Below are positions 50,717 to 59,424 of a DNA stretch of 64,000 nt, piece by piece; the first letter of the stretch is position 1, and every line of letters begins with the position of its first letter. A program made the translations under genes and the position numbers. The stretch is from Candidatus Woesearchaeota archaeon (GTDB taxonomy: Archaea > Nanobdellota > Nanobdellia > Woesearchaeales > JABGUJ01): assembly GCA_018646625.1 (NCBI GenBank), contig JABGUJ010000003.1:1-64000 (forward strand), written 5' to 3'. The notes beneath the pieces were generated by a model, which had not been told where the DNA came from, made no database searches, and saw only the letters and a program-made list of their open reading frames with translations.

Positions 50717-50805
50717 TAATTTACAATATCAATACAAATACTTGGTTCTATTTGAAAATATTTATAAACAAAAAACACACATCACAAGCTATAGGTGATT
50801 AATTA

Positions 50806-51360
50806 GTGAAAATAAAGAAGAAAGGAATTGCATTGTTGCTAGTATTGATGATATTTTCAATTGCATTCATATTTGGCTCAGGCATGACGCATAACGAAGT
50901 CACAGCCAAAGTAAGCCAATTAGTAGTCAAAGATACATCTTCTACAGTCATTGATAGCATACTTCTAATACTTTTGGCAGGGTTAGCAATTGTATTAATG
51001 TCAATATTAGGTAATCTAGTACGAAGCCATCACCTAGGGTTACACTTCCACCAACCTCGACCAACAATAATTGAAACTCCTGAACAAATTATTGAAGAAG
51101 ATGAAGCACTAAAAGAGAAAATAGATACATTAGTTAACGAAGTCGATGCAATGGATAAGATTTCAGCAGGAATAAAACAAACTAAAACTCTAGAACAACA
51201 TAAAGAACTTATTCAAGAACATACTGAAGAAAAACAAGATTTAGTAAGTAAACATGTTGATGCAATACACGCTTTTGCTAAGAACTTAATACTAAAACAA
51301 ACAATTACGCAAGAGAATTCTTCAGAAGACCAGCCTTCTCCGTCTCAGTCAGATTTCTAA
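50806..51360 (+). CDS. hypothetical membrane protein
   Basis: Two hydrophobic segments and a coiled-coil tail; SD AGGTGA before the GTG. Confidence 0.7.
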   Translation: MKIKKKGIALLLVLMIFSIAFIFGSGMTHNEVTAKVSQLVVKDTSSTVIDSILLILLAGLAIVLMSILGNLVRSHHLGLHFHQPRPTIIETPEQIIEEDEALKEKIDTLVNEVDAMDKISAGIKQTKTLEQHKELIQEHTEEKQDLVSKHVDAIHAFAKNLILKQTITQENSSEDQPSPSQSDF

Positions 51361-52015
51361 ACTTACCTCTTCTAAGTTTACCAATACCAACTCTACCAAT
51401 TCTAACTCTTTCCAGTTCTACAACTCTATAACCTAAAGATTCCATCATTCTTTTGATAATTCGATTCTTACCTTCATGAAGTGTAACCTCTAACAAAGTC
51501 TGACTGAACTTACTAACCTTAGCAGGTCTAGTTCTATAGCCATCATCCAACATAAAACCATTTTTGATCTTATTGATAACTTGAGGATTAAGATTTCTAT
51601 CAACTCTAACCTTGTATGTTTTATCCACACCATATCTAGGATGTATAACTTGATTAGCAAAATCGCCATCATTAGTAAGAATAATTAGTCCTTCAGTATT
51701 CATATCTAATCTGCCAACAGGTATTAACTTCTCCCTGATCCTTATCAAATCAAATACTGTTTTTCTACCCCTAGGATCATCACAAGTAACCAAAAAGCCA
51801 GCAGGTTTGTTCAAAAGAATATACTTTTTTTCAGTCACAGGCTCAAGTTTTTTATTAAACACTCGAATATCATCTTTTTCTAAATCGGCTTTATCTCCTA
51901 AAGTAATCACTCGGCCATTTACCTTCACTTTACCTTTATATATTAAGTCCTCAGCCTTCCTTCTAGCACATATGCCGGCATTCGCAATTATCTTCTGAAC
52001 TCTCTCTTCAGCCAT
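51305..52015 (-). CDS. bacterial-type rRNA pseudouridine synthase, RsuA/RluB family
   Basis: S4 domain RVQKIIANAGICARRKAE, LNKPAG, catalytic VGRLD..TEGL..LTNDG, HEGKNRIIKRM. Confidence 0.93.
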   Translation of the reverse strand: MAEERVQKIIANAGICARRKAEDLIYKGKVKVNGRVITLGDKADLEKDDIRVFNKKLEPVTEKKYILLNKPAGFLVTCDDPRGRKTVFDLIRIREKLIPVGRLDMNTEGLIILTNDGDFANQVIHPRYGVDKTYKVRVDRNLNPQVINKIKNGFMLDDGYRTRPAKVSKFSQTLLEVTLHEGKNRIIKRMMESLGYRVVELERVRIGRVGIGKLRRGKFRNLTETEKAGLLKNSLA

Positions 52016-52106
52016 TCTATATAGTTTATATACGCAATATATAAAACTAGCGCACCACAAGATTAAAAAATCAGCGTGCAACAACTGCCCAGAAGGGTGA
52101 TTTTTC

Positions 52107-52814
52107 ATGAAAGAAGCATTATATCTTGAAGACAGTTATTTGAAAGAATTCGAAGCCGAAGTAACATCTGTAACAGATGATAAGTTTGTAGTATTAAATC
52201 AAACAGCATTCTATCCTAAAAGTGGTGGACAGCTAAACGATGAAGGTACCTTGACAAACGAAGCAGGAGAAGAATTCAAAGTAGTCTTTACAGGTAAATT
52301 CTCTGGAAAAATAAGTCACGAAACGGACAAACCAGGATTAAAAGTTGGAGATAAAGTTAAAGGTAAACTTGATTGGGAAAGACGTTACACCATGATGAGA
52401 ATGCATACCGCAGCTCATGTATTATGTTCTATATACTCAAAAGACGCTGGCGCCCTAATAACTGGTAATCAACTAGGCATAGAAAAAACTAGAATAGACT
52501 TTAGCTTAGACAACATGGACAAAGAGAAAATGATTGCATACCTAGGTAAAGCAAATGAGTTAATCAACCTAAACAAACCAATAAAATCATTTTATCTATC
52601 AAGAGAAGATGCACTTAAACTACCAGACATCTCAAAATTAGCAAAAGGTCTACCAGATCTACAAGAATTCAGAATCATAGAAATCGAAGACATTGACACG
52701 CAAGCAGATGGCGGTACTCACGTAAAAAGCACTGAAGAAGTAGGAGAACTCGAATTTCTCAAAGTAGAAAACAAAGGTAAAAATAATAGAAGAGTATACT
52801 TCAAGTTAAAGTGA
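52107..52814 (+). CDS. alaXM: alanyl-tRNA editing protein AlaX-M
   Basis: LYLEDSY, TAFYPKSGGQ, MRMHTAAH, and DGGTH (Asp in place of the usual Cys of CGGTH). Confidence 0.92.
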   Translation: MKEALYLEDSYLKEFEAEVTSVTDDKFVVLNQTAFYPKSGGQLNDEGTLTNEAGEEFKVVFTGKFSGKISHETDKPGLKVGDKVKGKLDWERRYTMMRMHTAAHVLCSIYSKDAGALITGNQLGIEKTRIDFSLDNMDKEKMIAYLGKANELINLNKPIKSFYLSREDALKLPDISKLAKGLPDLQEFRIIEIEDIDTQADGGTHVKSTEEVGELEFLKVENKGKNNRRVYFKLK

Positions 52815-52933
52815 ATACAAAAGACTTTGAAAAGAGCATGATTATGCAAATTGGCATAATAGCGTTCATAGTAATATTGATAGCGGGCCTTGTGATTGTA
52901 TGGATGGCATACAAACTCAATGCCTTATCATAG
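52811..52933 (+). CDS. small single-TM protein (40 aa), not in the ORF track
   Basis: GTG start overlaps the alaX stop (GTGA); translates MNTKDFEKSMIMQIGIIAFIVILIAGLVIVWMAYKLNALS. Confidence 0.55.
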   Translation: MNTKDFEKSMIMQIGIIAFIVILIAGLVIVWMAYKLNALS

Positions 52934-52962
52934 GGAAAAATAGAGTAAGGAGGCTTGATTGC

Positions 52963-53118
52963 ATGAGTTATAACAACGGAAACGGATATAAACCACAGAG
53001 AAAATACGCCACAGACACCACAGTAAAAGTAAAAATGGCAGAACAAAACCGAATCTGGAGAGACATAAGACCAAGACAGATTTACGAAGTAATGGGAGCA
53101 TACAAGCGAAGAGGATGA
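52963..53118 (+). CDS. small basic hypothetical protein (51 aa)
   Basis: Perfect SD AGGAGG at 52948-52953; stop overlaps the next ATG (ATGA). Confidence 0.6.
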   Translation: MSYNNGNGYKPQRKYATDTTVKVKMAEQNRIWRDIRPRQIYEVMGAYKRRG

Positions 53119-53768
53119 AACAAGTAAAGACTGGTGACGATTCAGTCACCTATCACAATCCTAAATACGATGAAACTTATCACTCTACTTCTGGAGCTGT
53201 AGAAGAAGCATGTGAAAAATTCGTAAAACCTTGCAAAATTGAAGAACGTTCTAAAGAAAAAGACTCAATAAAGGTTCTAGACATTTGCTTTGGACTAGGC
53301 TATAACAGCTGCGCAGCAATTGATGCAGCAGAATGCAAGATATTCATTACAGCTTTAGAAAATGATGAAGAAATAATACACCGCATCAAAGAAGTTGATC
53401 CACAATTTGAGAATTACTCATTATTAAAAGAATTAGTACGTACAAAACCTAGAACTCACGCATGGAAATTAAGTACAGATCAAGTAAACATCAAATTAAT
53501 TCTTGGAGATGCAAGAGACGAAATTAAAAAATTAAAAAATAAATTTGATTGCATATTCCTGGACCCATTCTCTCCGAAAAAATGTCCAGAGCTTTGGACA
53601 AAAGAGTTCATGCAAGATATTTACAACGTCACAGCACCTGGCGGAATTCTCGCAACCTACAGTTGTGCAAAATCTGTTAGAGACAATCTAAAAGAAGCAG
53701 GCTTCAAAGTTGAAGATGGACCTTGCATTGGACGAAAATCACCTTCTACTATCGCAACTAAACAATAA
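53115..53768 (+). CDS. MnmC/MnmD-like SAM-dependent tRNA methyltransferase domain protein
   Basis: TGDDS.T....ETYHS..GA..EA, LDICFGLGYN, FLDPFSPKKCPELWT, LATYS. Confidence 0.88.
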   Translation: MKQVKTGDDSVTYHNPKYDETYHSTSGAVEEACEKFVKPCKIEERSKEKDSIKVLDICFGLGYNSCAAIDAAECKIFITALENDEEIIHRIKEVDPQFENYSLLKELVRTKPRTHAWKLSTDQVNIKLILGDARDEIKKLKNKFDCIFLDPFSPKKCPELWTKEFMQDIYNVTAPGGILATYSCAKSVRDNLKEAGFKVEDGPCIGRKSPSTIATKQ

Positions 53769-53802
53769 GCCTTTTAAATTCTAATAAACCTCGCAACAAT
53801 AT

Positions 53803-53876
53803 GCCCACGTAGTATAGCATGGATAGTATGGCTGGTTGCGGTCCGGTTGACCGGGGTTCAAATCCTCGCGTGGGCG
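53803..53876 (+). tRNA. tRNA-Arg(GCG)
   Basis: Acceptor GCCCACG/CGTGGGC, anticodon arm GCTGG-TTGCGGT-CCGGT, T-arm CGGGG-TTCAAAT-CCTCG. Confidence 0.93.
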
Positions 53877-53906
53877 TTAATCAAACAACGACATGAGAAG
53901 ACTAAA

Positions 53907-54227
53907 ATGTACATACCAAAAAGATACGGACAATCAAGAATAGACAACTGCCCTTTCTGCGGAAAGATAGGGGTAACAAAGAACAGCCAAGGAGTTTCTA
54001 CTTGCAAAGATCACAAAGATAAACTTGTAGAGAACTTAAAATGCGTTTGCGGAGAATATCTAGATTTAGGTGTCGGTAAATGGGGCCCATACTTTCGATG
54101 CATAAACTGCGGTAACATCAACTTCAGAAAAGCAATGGAAATGAATCCTAACGTAAAACAACAAGCACCTGTTAAAGAAAGAAAAGAAATCGTTGTAAGA
54201 TCTGACGAACTTGATTTTATGTACTAA
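53907..54227 (+). CDS. small Zn-finger protein
   Basis: CPFC, CKDH, CVC and CINC motifs; start moved to ATG 53907 to avoid overlap with the tRNA. Confidence 0.8.
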   Translation: MYIPKRYGQSRIDNCPFCGKIGVTKNSQGVSTCKDHKDKLVENLKCVCGEYLDLGVGKWGPYFRCINCGNINFRKAMEMNPNVKQQAPVKERKEIVVRSDELDFMY

Positions 54228-54646
54228 TCAAAATGATCTTCATAACAAAAATTCTGCGCCACACCTTTGTATGTGCAGCTACCTATATCTAAAATAACAT
54301 TACCATTTAAGAAATGTCTAAACTTAGCAACTAAAGCATTACAATCAGAACATCTTCGAAAACAAGTTCCAATCTCAACATCATATTCTTTATCTGAAAC
54401 CTTAATCACTTTAGAAGGCACTTCAGATTCATTAACAAAATAACCATGAACTTTCTCTACAAAGCCAGGCTGTAAAGAAGAAGACAGCTCAATCCTTAAA
54501 GCACACTTCTTAGGAGATCTATCATTAACAATCTCTTTACGAATCTTAACACATCTTTGCGTTTGCATTCTACGATTATCATTTGACGCCTTCTTAACAA
54601 ACTTATCAGGCATCTTAATACTCCCATCTGGATTAAATTCAAGCAT
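54224..54646 (-). CDS. hypothetical protein with Cys motif (CFRRCSDC)
   Basis: 140-aa ORF with a TATA-like element upstream. Confidence 0.75.
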   Translation of the reverse strand: MLEFNPDGSIKMPDKFVKKASNDNRRMQTQRCVKIRKEIVNDRSPKKCALRIELSSSLQPGFVEKVHGYFVNESEVPSKVIKVSDKEYDVEIGTCFRRCSDCNALVAKFRHFLNGNVILDIGSCTYKGVAQNFCYEDHFD

Positions 54647-54732
54647 AGAACAATAACCTAACTAGACATATATAATATTTACGATCTTAATACATAGATA
54701 ACTTTATAACACAAAAACCATCTATCAAACAT

Positions 54733-55668
54733 ATGATACCAAAAAGACTCAAAGAAGGGGATACAATAGGATTCGTATCGCCTTCAAGTGCAACTGATAA
54801 AGAAAAACAACCGTTAATAGAGAACGCAGTTAAAATTCTAAAAAATATGGGTTTAGAATCAATATTCGAAGATAATACAAAAGTTATTGATAAGTATGGT
54901 ATATCATGCGGAACTGCTAAAGAAAGAGCTGAGAGTATTAACAAATATTTCAAAAATCCAGAAATAAATGCAATATGGTGTCTGCAAGGAGGAGATACAG
55001 TAAACGAAATTCTCCCATATTTAGATTATGAAGCAATAAAACATAATCCTAAGATATTTATGGGATTCTCAGACAATACAGTACTACTAAACGCAATCTA
55101 CAAAAAAACAGGATTAGTCACATTTCAAGCGCCAGATGCAAAAGCAGGTAGTGAGGATGCACATTTTGATTCAAAATATTCGCAAACAGAATTTAGAGAA
55201 AGATTAATGAATGCAAATAAAGATATTGATGCAGAATATAAAGTTATTAGAGAAGGCAACGCAAAAGGGAAAATTATAGGAGCCAACTTAAACTGTTTTC
55301 TGAAACTCACAGGTACAGAATACGCACCAGATTTTAAAGACACAATTATCCTGATCGAAGGCTACAGAATGGAAGTAAGAAGAGCACTCCATTTAATCGC
55401 ACAGTTAAAACAACAAAAAGATTTCAACAAAGTAAAAGGTGTAGTCATAGGAGATGTATTTGGCTTCGATACAGAAGAGAAAAAAGACACTAGCGGAAAT
55501 AGACTACACTTTGAAGAAATATTCAAAGAATTAACAGAAGAATATAATTTCCCAATTCTCAAGACACATTCATTCGGGCATAGATGCCCCTGCACAACAA
55601 CTCCTATAGGAGTTCAAGGAGAAATCAAAGACGGAAAACTTATAATAACAGAAGAGTTCATAGAATAA
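54733..55668 (+). CDS. S66 peptidase (LD-carboxypeptidase/MccF-like)
   Basis: PKRLKEGDTIGFVSPS, GFSDNT (Ser), LIEG (Glu), FGH (His). Confidence 0.92.
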   Translation: MIPKRLKEGDTIGFVSPSSATDKEKQPLIENAVKILKNMGLESIFEDNTKVIDKYGISCGTAKERAESINKYFKNPEINAIWCLQGGDTVNEILPYLDYEAIKHNPKIFMGFSDNTVLLNAIYKKTGLVTFQAPDAKAGSEDAHFDSKYSQTEFRERLMNANKDIDAEYKVIREGNAKGKIIGANLNCFLKLTGTEYAPDFKDTIILIEGYRMEVRRALHLIAQLKQQKDFNKVKGVVIGDVFGFDTEEKKDTSGNRLHFEEIFKELTEEYNFPILKTHSFGHRCPCTTTPIGVQGEIKDGKLIITEEFIE

Positions 55669-55669
55669 A

Positions 55670-56092
55670 ATGGAAAGATCAAAGATTAGAGGACATCAAG
55701 TTATTTGCAGCGCATTTATTGAAAAAGATAATAAATTTCTAACAGTAATGTGTCCCAGATTCAAAGTGTGGCGAGTCCCAGGCGGAAGAGCAGAACATGG
55801 AGAAAGATTAGAAGAAACTCTAATAAGAGAAATGCAAGAAGAAACAAGAATAGAATTCAAAGATCCAAAATTCATTGGCTTTGGTCAAGATCAACAATTC
55901 CACGTAAAAGCACAAAGAGAAACTTCAAGATTATTAATGTTCTTTCACGTAAAGACAAACGAAGAACCACAATTAGACCCAGACGAATGTGAAGAACACA
56001 AGTGGGTAACGCTTGAAGAACTAAAACAAATTGAAAACAAAGAAGGCGGGTTAACTGACCTATTCAAAAGAAATCCTGACTTTAAACTCTAA
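55670..56092 (+). CDS. NUDIX hydrolase
   Basis: Nudix box PGGRAEHGERLEETLIREMQEET. Confidence 0.92.
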   Translation: MERSKIRGHQVICSAFIEKDNKFLTVMCPRFKVWRVPGGRAEHGERLEETLIREMQEETRIEFKDPKFIGFGQDQQFHVKAQRETSRLLMFFHVKTNEEPQLDPDECEEHKWVTLEELKQIENKEGGLTDLFKRNPDFKL

Positions 56093-56640
56093 ATCTTATT
56101 ACCACAAAACTTATCAAAACCAGTTTTAGCATCTTCAAAGTTATTAACTTTCAAAACTCTAACATCATTAGCTATCAAGTTTGCTCTAAACTCATTAACC
56201 ATAGAATAAACTAACTCTTCAATCTCTTGCCTAAACTCGCTATTAGTAGATCGAAAACCATCAGCCAACATTGGCTCTTCTTTTATTTTAGTAACCAACA
56301 ATAAATCATACCCTTTCAAATGCGTTAACATCAAATCTTTAAGCTCATGATGTTGTTTACCGTTTGCTCTATACAAGTAAGCATAATTATCCAACACACT
56401 TCTATCACACACTACAACATCAAAATCAGCAGAATTATTTTCTTCCCTAATCTGGTGAGGCAAAATCCATTCCTGCGCTTTCAAAGTAGACTCTTCATTA
56501 ACCGGAAAAGGACATTTTCTTGCCATTTCTGTAATCTGAGTTACCTTTAATCCTCTCGCTTGAAGATAAAGAACTAACTTATTACAAATAGTAGTCTTAC
56601 CTGTACAATGTGCACCAATCACCGCTATCTTTTTAACCAT
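56089..56640 (-). CDS. P-loop NTPase/kinase, AAA_28 (NadR/Ttd14-like)
   Basis: GAHCTGKTT, EMAR, CDRSVLD, DGFR. Confidence 0.85.
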   Translation of the reverse strand: MVKKIAVIGAHCTGKTTICNKLVLYLQARGLKVTQITEMARKCPFPVNEESTLKAQEWILPHQIREENNSADFDVVVCDRSVLDNYAYLYRANGKQHHELKDLMLTHLKGYDLLLVTKIKEEPMLADGFRSTNSEFRQEIEELVYSMVNEFRANLIANDVRVLKVNNFEDAKTGFDKFCGNKI

Positions 56641-56672
56641 AAAAACAAATAGAACGTCTGAGACTTATAAAT

Positions 56673-57446
56673 TTACTGGTCTTGTCTATATTCTCTCACA
56701 ACATACAAGCCCCGATTCCTTATCGTAGGATGCTTTAGTGAAACCCAAGTTTCTCTAGCATCTGAAAAATGATCTTCAAGTTTCTCACCAGCCTGACTTG
56801 CAAGAAGTCCTAAAGGAGAATCTGAACAAACAAAAACAGCATCAGGCCCCATAATTCTTTTAACAGCTTCAGCATCAGAAGGCCCCTGCATTTTAACACC
56901 GCCATTGATCACCATAGAAAACACACCACGTTTCATATCCTGATAATTACCTGCAGCCATAAGAAAACTACAACCATCAAAACCAAACTCATGTAAACCT
57001 GTAAATGATTCTTCAGAATCAGAACTTGAATGACAAATAAGATCGTCAGGACATTCATTAACTCTCCTAAGTAACTCCACTAATTTTGCCCTTTCATCAG
57101 CTGAAGCTCTGGAATCAAACTCTAAATAAAGAGGATCAACACTAGTATAGCTATTACACATGCCAACAACACCTTCATAAACATGATGACCACTACCAAT
57201 TTCAAGAACATCCTGGCCAGCATAGTACTCAGGATTTCCTTCAAGATGCAAAGCAGTTGCCAACCTCAACAAAGAAGTTTGAGATCTTTCCTCCAATGTT
57301 GCAAGAGCTCGATCATGACCAACATCAACTTCAAGAATCCTTCGCGGAACCTTAGAAGCCAATAAATACTCAGCAAGCTGCTCATACCCTGCAGCCCCCC
57401 AATTAAGAATATGAAGCTCAACTATTTTTTCAATATCTTTAATCAT
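56673..57446 (-). CDS. class I SAM-methyltransferase-like protein
   Basis: Motif I DVLEIGSG, then YTSVDPLY. Confidence 0.6.
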   Translation of the reverse strand: MIKDIEKIVELHILNWGAAGYEQLAEYLLASKVPRRILEVDVGHDRALATLEERSQTSLLRLATALHLEGNPEYYAGQDVLEIGSGHHVYEGVVGMCNSYTSVDPLYLEFDSRASADERAKLVELLRRVNECPDDLICHSSSDSEESFTGLHEFGFDGCSFLMAAGNYQDMKRGVFSMVINGGVKMQGPSDAEAVKRIMGPDAVFVCSDSPLGLLASQAGEKLEDHFSDARETWVSLKHPTIRNRGLYVVREYRQDQ

Positions 57447-58215
57447 CTAAAACACCCGAATAAACTCCAACAACAAGTAAAGTGTTCTGACTTTTAAAAG
57501 GTGCGACTAATTCTAACCAATATTCTTTCACAGATTCAAAATGCTCATGTGGTTGAGCTCTATCATTTAAAGTCCACATAACAGGATAACTAACATCAAC
57601 ATAATGCCCTTCAGGCGTCAATAAACGAGATATCTCAGCCATCGCATCTTCAGTCACCACCAACCCATTGTTCACAACCACATCATACGTTACATCCATA
57701 GAAATATCTTCAAACAGTCCAGGAATCAAAGTTACTTTACCCTCTTGCAAGAACCATTCATCCATCCTAGTTTGAGAAGTACTTTTAGGCGTTTCACACA
57801 ACAAACCTTTACCCTTATGAGCTTTCTCAAGCAATCTTCTAAACTGCAAATAACCTGCCAGATCAGGATCCATCAATAACTTTTGATAAACAGGATCAAC
57901 ACCAGTATAATGTTCAGAAGCATCAACAACATTCTGATCCAAATACATGCCACTTCCGATCTCTAGAACACGTGCGCCTTCAAACAAAGGAGCATAATCT
58001 CTTGCAAATCTATTCATCGCCAAATTCACATCCGCCATACAACTTGCCAAAGGATTAAGAGAAGTTACTAACATCTCCAGAAAAGATACTTTAACAACAT
58101 CATGAAAACGAGCATGATCATTATCCCTAAGATAAGAAGCAATCTGTTCTGCAAACTCAGTACCATGATACTTCTGATCAAGATGTAAGAATTTAGAAAT
58201 TTGATCTTCATTCAT
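57439..58215 (-). CDS. class I SAM-methyltransferase-like protein (paralog of its neighbour)
   Basis: RVLEIGSG, YTGVDPVY, YDVVV, RLLTPEG. Confidence 0.7.
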   Translation of the reverse strand: MNEDQISKFLHLDQKYHGTEFAEQIASYLRDNDHARFHDVVKVSFLEMLVTSLNPLASCMADVNLAMNRFARDYAPLFEGARVLEIGSGMYLDQNVVDASEHYTGVDPVYQKLLMDPDLAGYLQFRRLLEKAHKGKGLLCETPKSTSQTRMDEWFLQEGKVTLIPGLFEDISMDVTYDVVVNNGLVVTEDAMAEISRLLTPEGHYVDVSYPVMWTLNDRAQPHEHFESVKEYWLELVAPFKSQNTLLVVGVYSGVLDD

Positions 58216-58216
58216 T

Positions 58217-58747
58217 TTAGTATATCAAAGCAACAACCACGCCATTAACTTGGTTAAACCTAATCTTTCCCGGATCTAATCCAGGATTGTTATCGCCTTT
58301 CACTCTAAAATAAAAACCTTCCTGATCAAAACCTTTCTCAACAACTCTATGTACAATTAAACCATCAGCAAATTCTGAATTATAAGAAATAATATCACCA
58401 ACAGTAATTTCATCAGCACTGTCCGGCATAATTTCAATACCATTAGTACCTTTATCCAATATTGGATCCATAGAATTTGTATCTAAAAATCTTGCCCAAG
58501 TTGCATTTTGAATATCCAACTCAATATTATCTGAATAAACATGAATCATATCTTCACTCACTCTATCAGAAGGCGAAGCCATCTCTGGATTTTTCTCAAC
58601 AAAAACATCATCTAGAGTTAGAGTTGGCAATTCATTCTGAGTATCTACTACAGACATTGATGTAATACCAGAATACAAGCTAGAAGAGGCCCATCCCAGA
58701 CCAAAACAAAGCAATATTAATGCCAAAACCGCTAGTTCAGCTCTCAT
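58217..58747 (-). CDS. signal peptidase I-like (S26) protein
   Basis: N-terminal TM, TNSMDP (Ser), GDII, IVHRV (His), KGDNN..D. Confidence 0.85.
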   Translation of the reverse strand: MRAELAVLALILLCFGLGWASSSLYSGITSMSVVDTQNELPTLTLDDVFVEKNPEMASPSDRVSEDMIHVYSDNIELDIQNATWARFLDTNSMDPILDKGTNGIEIMPDSADEITVGDIISYNSEFADGLIVHRVVEKGFDQEGFYFRVKGDNNPGLDPGKIRFNQVNGVVVALIY

Positions 58748-58884
58748 TTTCCACCGGAAGAGCTATTCAATACTTCATTTTTAAAGCTTTCGCTTTTGTT
58801 CCCACCACGCAGTACTAAAAACACAAGCTATTTAAATGAAACATCAATAATTCAGCATAAGGACGCATTTAGGGGGAGATAAAC

Positions 58885-59349
58885 ATCACAGAACAAAAAG
58901 AACTTTACATCGTTAATGTTGGAGTTGATCCTGTATTTCTTAGATCCATCATGAATGAAACTAGACCAGTAGTTGCAGACATGGGAAAAAGACGTGAACA
59001 ATACGATGTATTTGCAGAACATGTTAGAGCACAATATCCAGGATTTGGATTTCCATTCTTAGCAATACCTGGAAACAGAACAGAAGTACATTGTTTCAAC
59101 AGCGGACTTCAAGGTGGCACAACAAAAGATACCATTGATGCAGAAGGCAGAATAAAAGGAGTTCCAATTGATGATTGGATTTATCAACTAACTCTACCCC
59201 GACCAGTAAAAGGAGTTTATACAAGAGCCGACTCAACAATGGTAGGGGTGAATCTAACTGCATTAGTAGAATGCGCAGAAACTGAAATGTTCCCTGAAGC
59301 AATGCAAAGACTTGAAGATCATTTTAAGATAACTCGAATACTTCTATAG
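58885..59349 (+). CDS. hypothetical protein; probable ATC (or ATA) start upstream of the first ATG at 58951
   Basis: Frame open from 58873; SD-like AGGGGG at 58871-58876; TATA TTTAAAT at ~58831. Confidence 0.6.
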   Translation: MTEQKELYIVNVGVDPVFLRSIMNETRPVVADMGKRREQYDVFAEHVRAQYPGFGFPFLAIPGNRTEVHCFNSGLQGGTTKDTIDAEGRIKGVPIDDWIYQLTLPRPVKGVYTRADSTMVGVNLTALVECAETEMFPEAMQRLEDHFKITRILL

Positions 59350-59424
59350 AAAATTCGTAAATTATACGAACTAGACGACAAATTCTCCATAATCTTTATA
59401 AATAATACTCTAATTGCCAAACGC

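Noticed and set aside
53847..53906. TTG-start N-terminal extension of the Zn-finger ORF
   Set aside because: Overlaps tRNA-Arg; the ATG at 53907 is more plausible.
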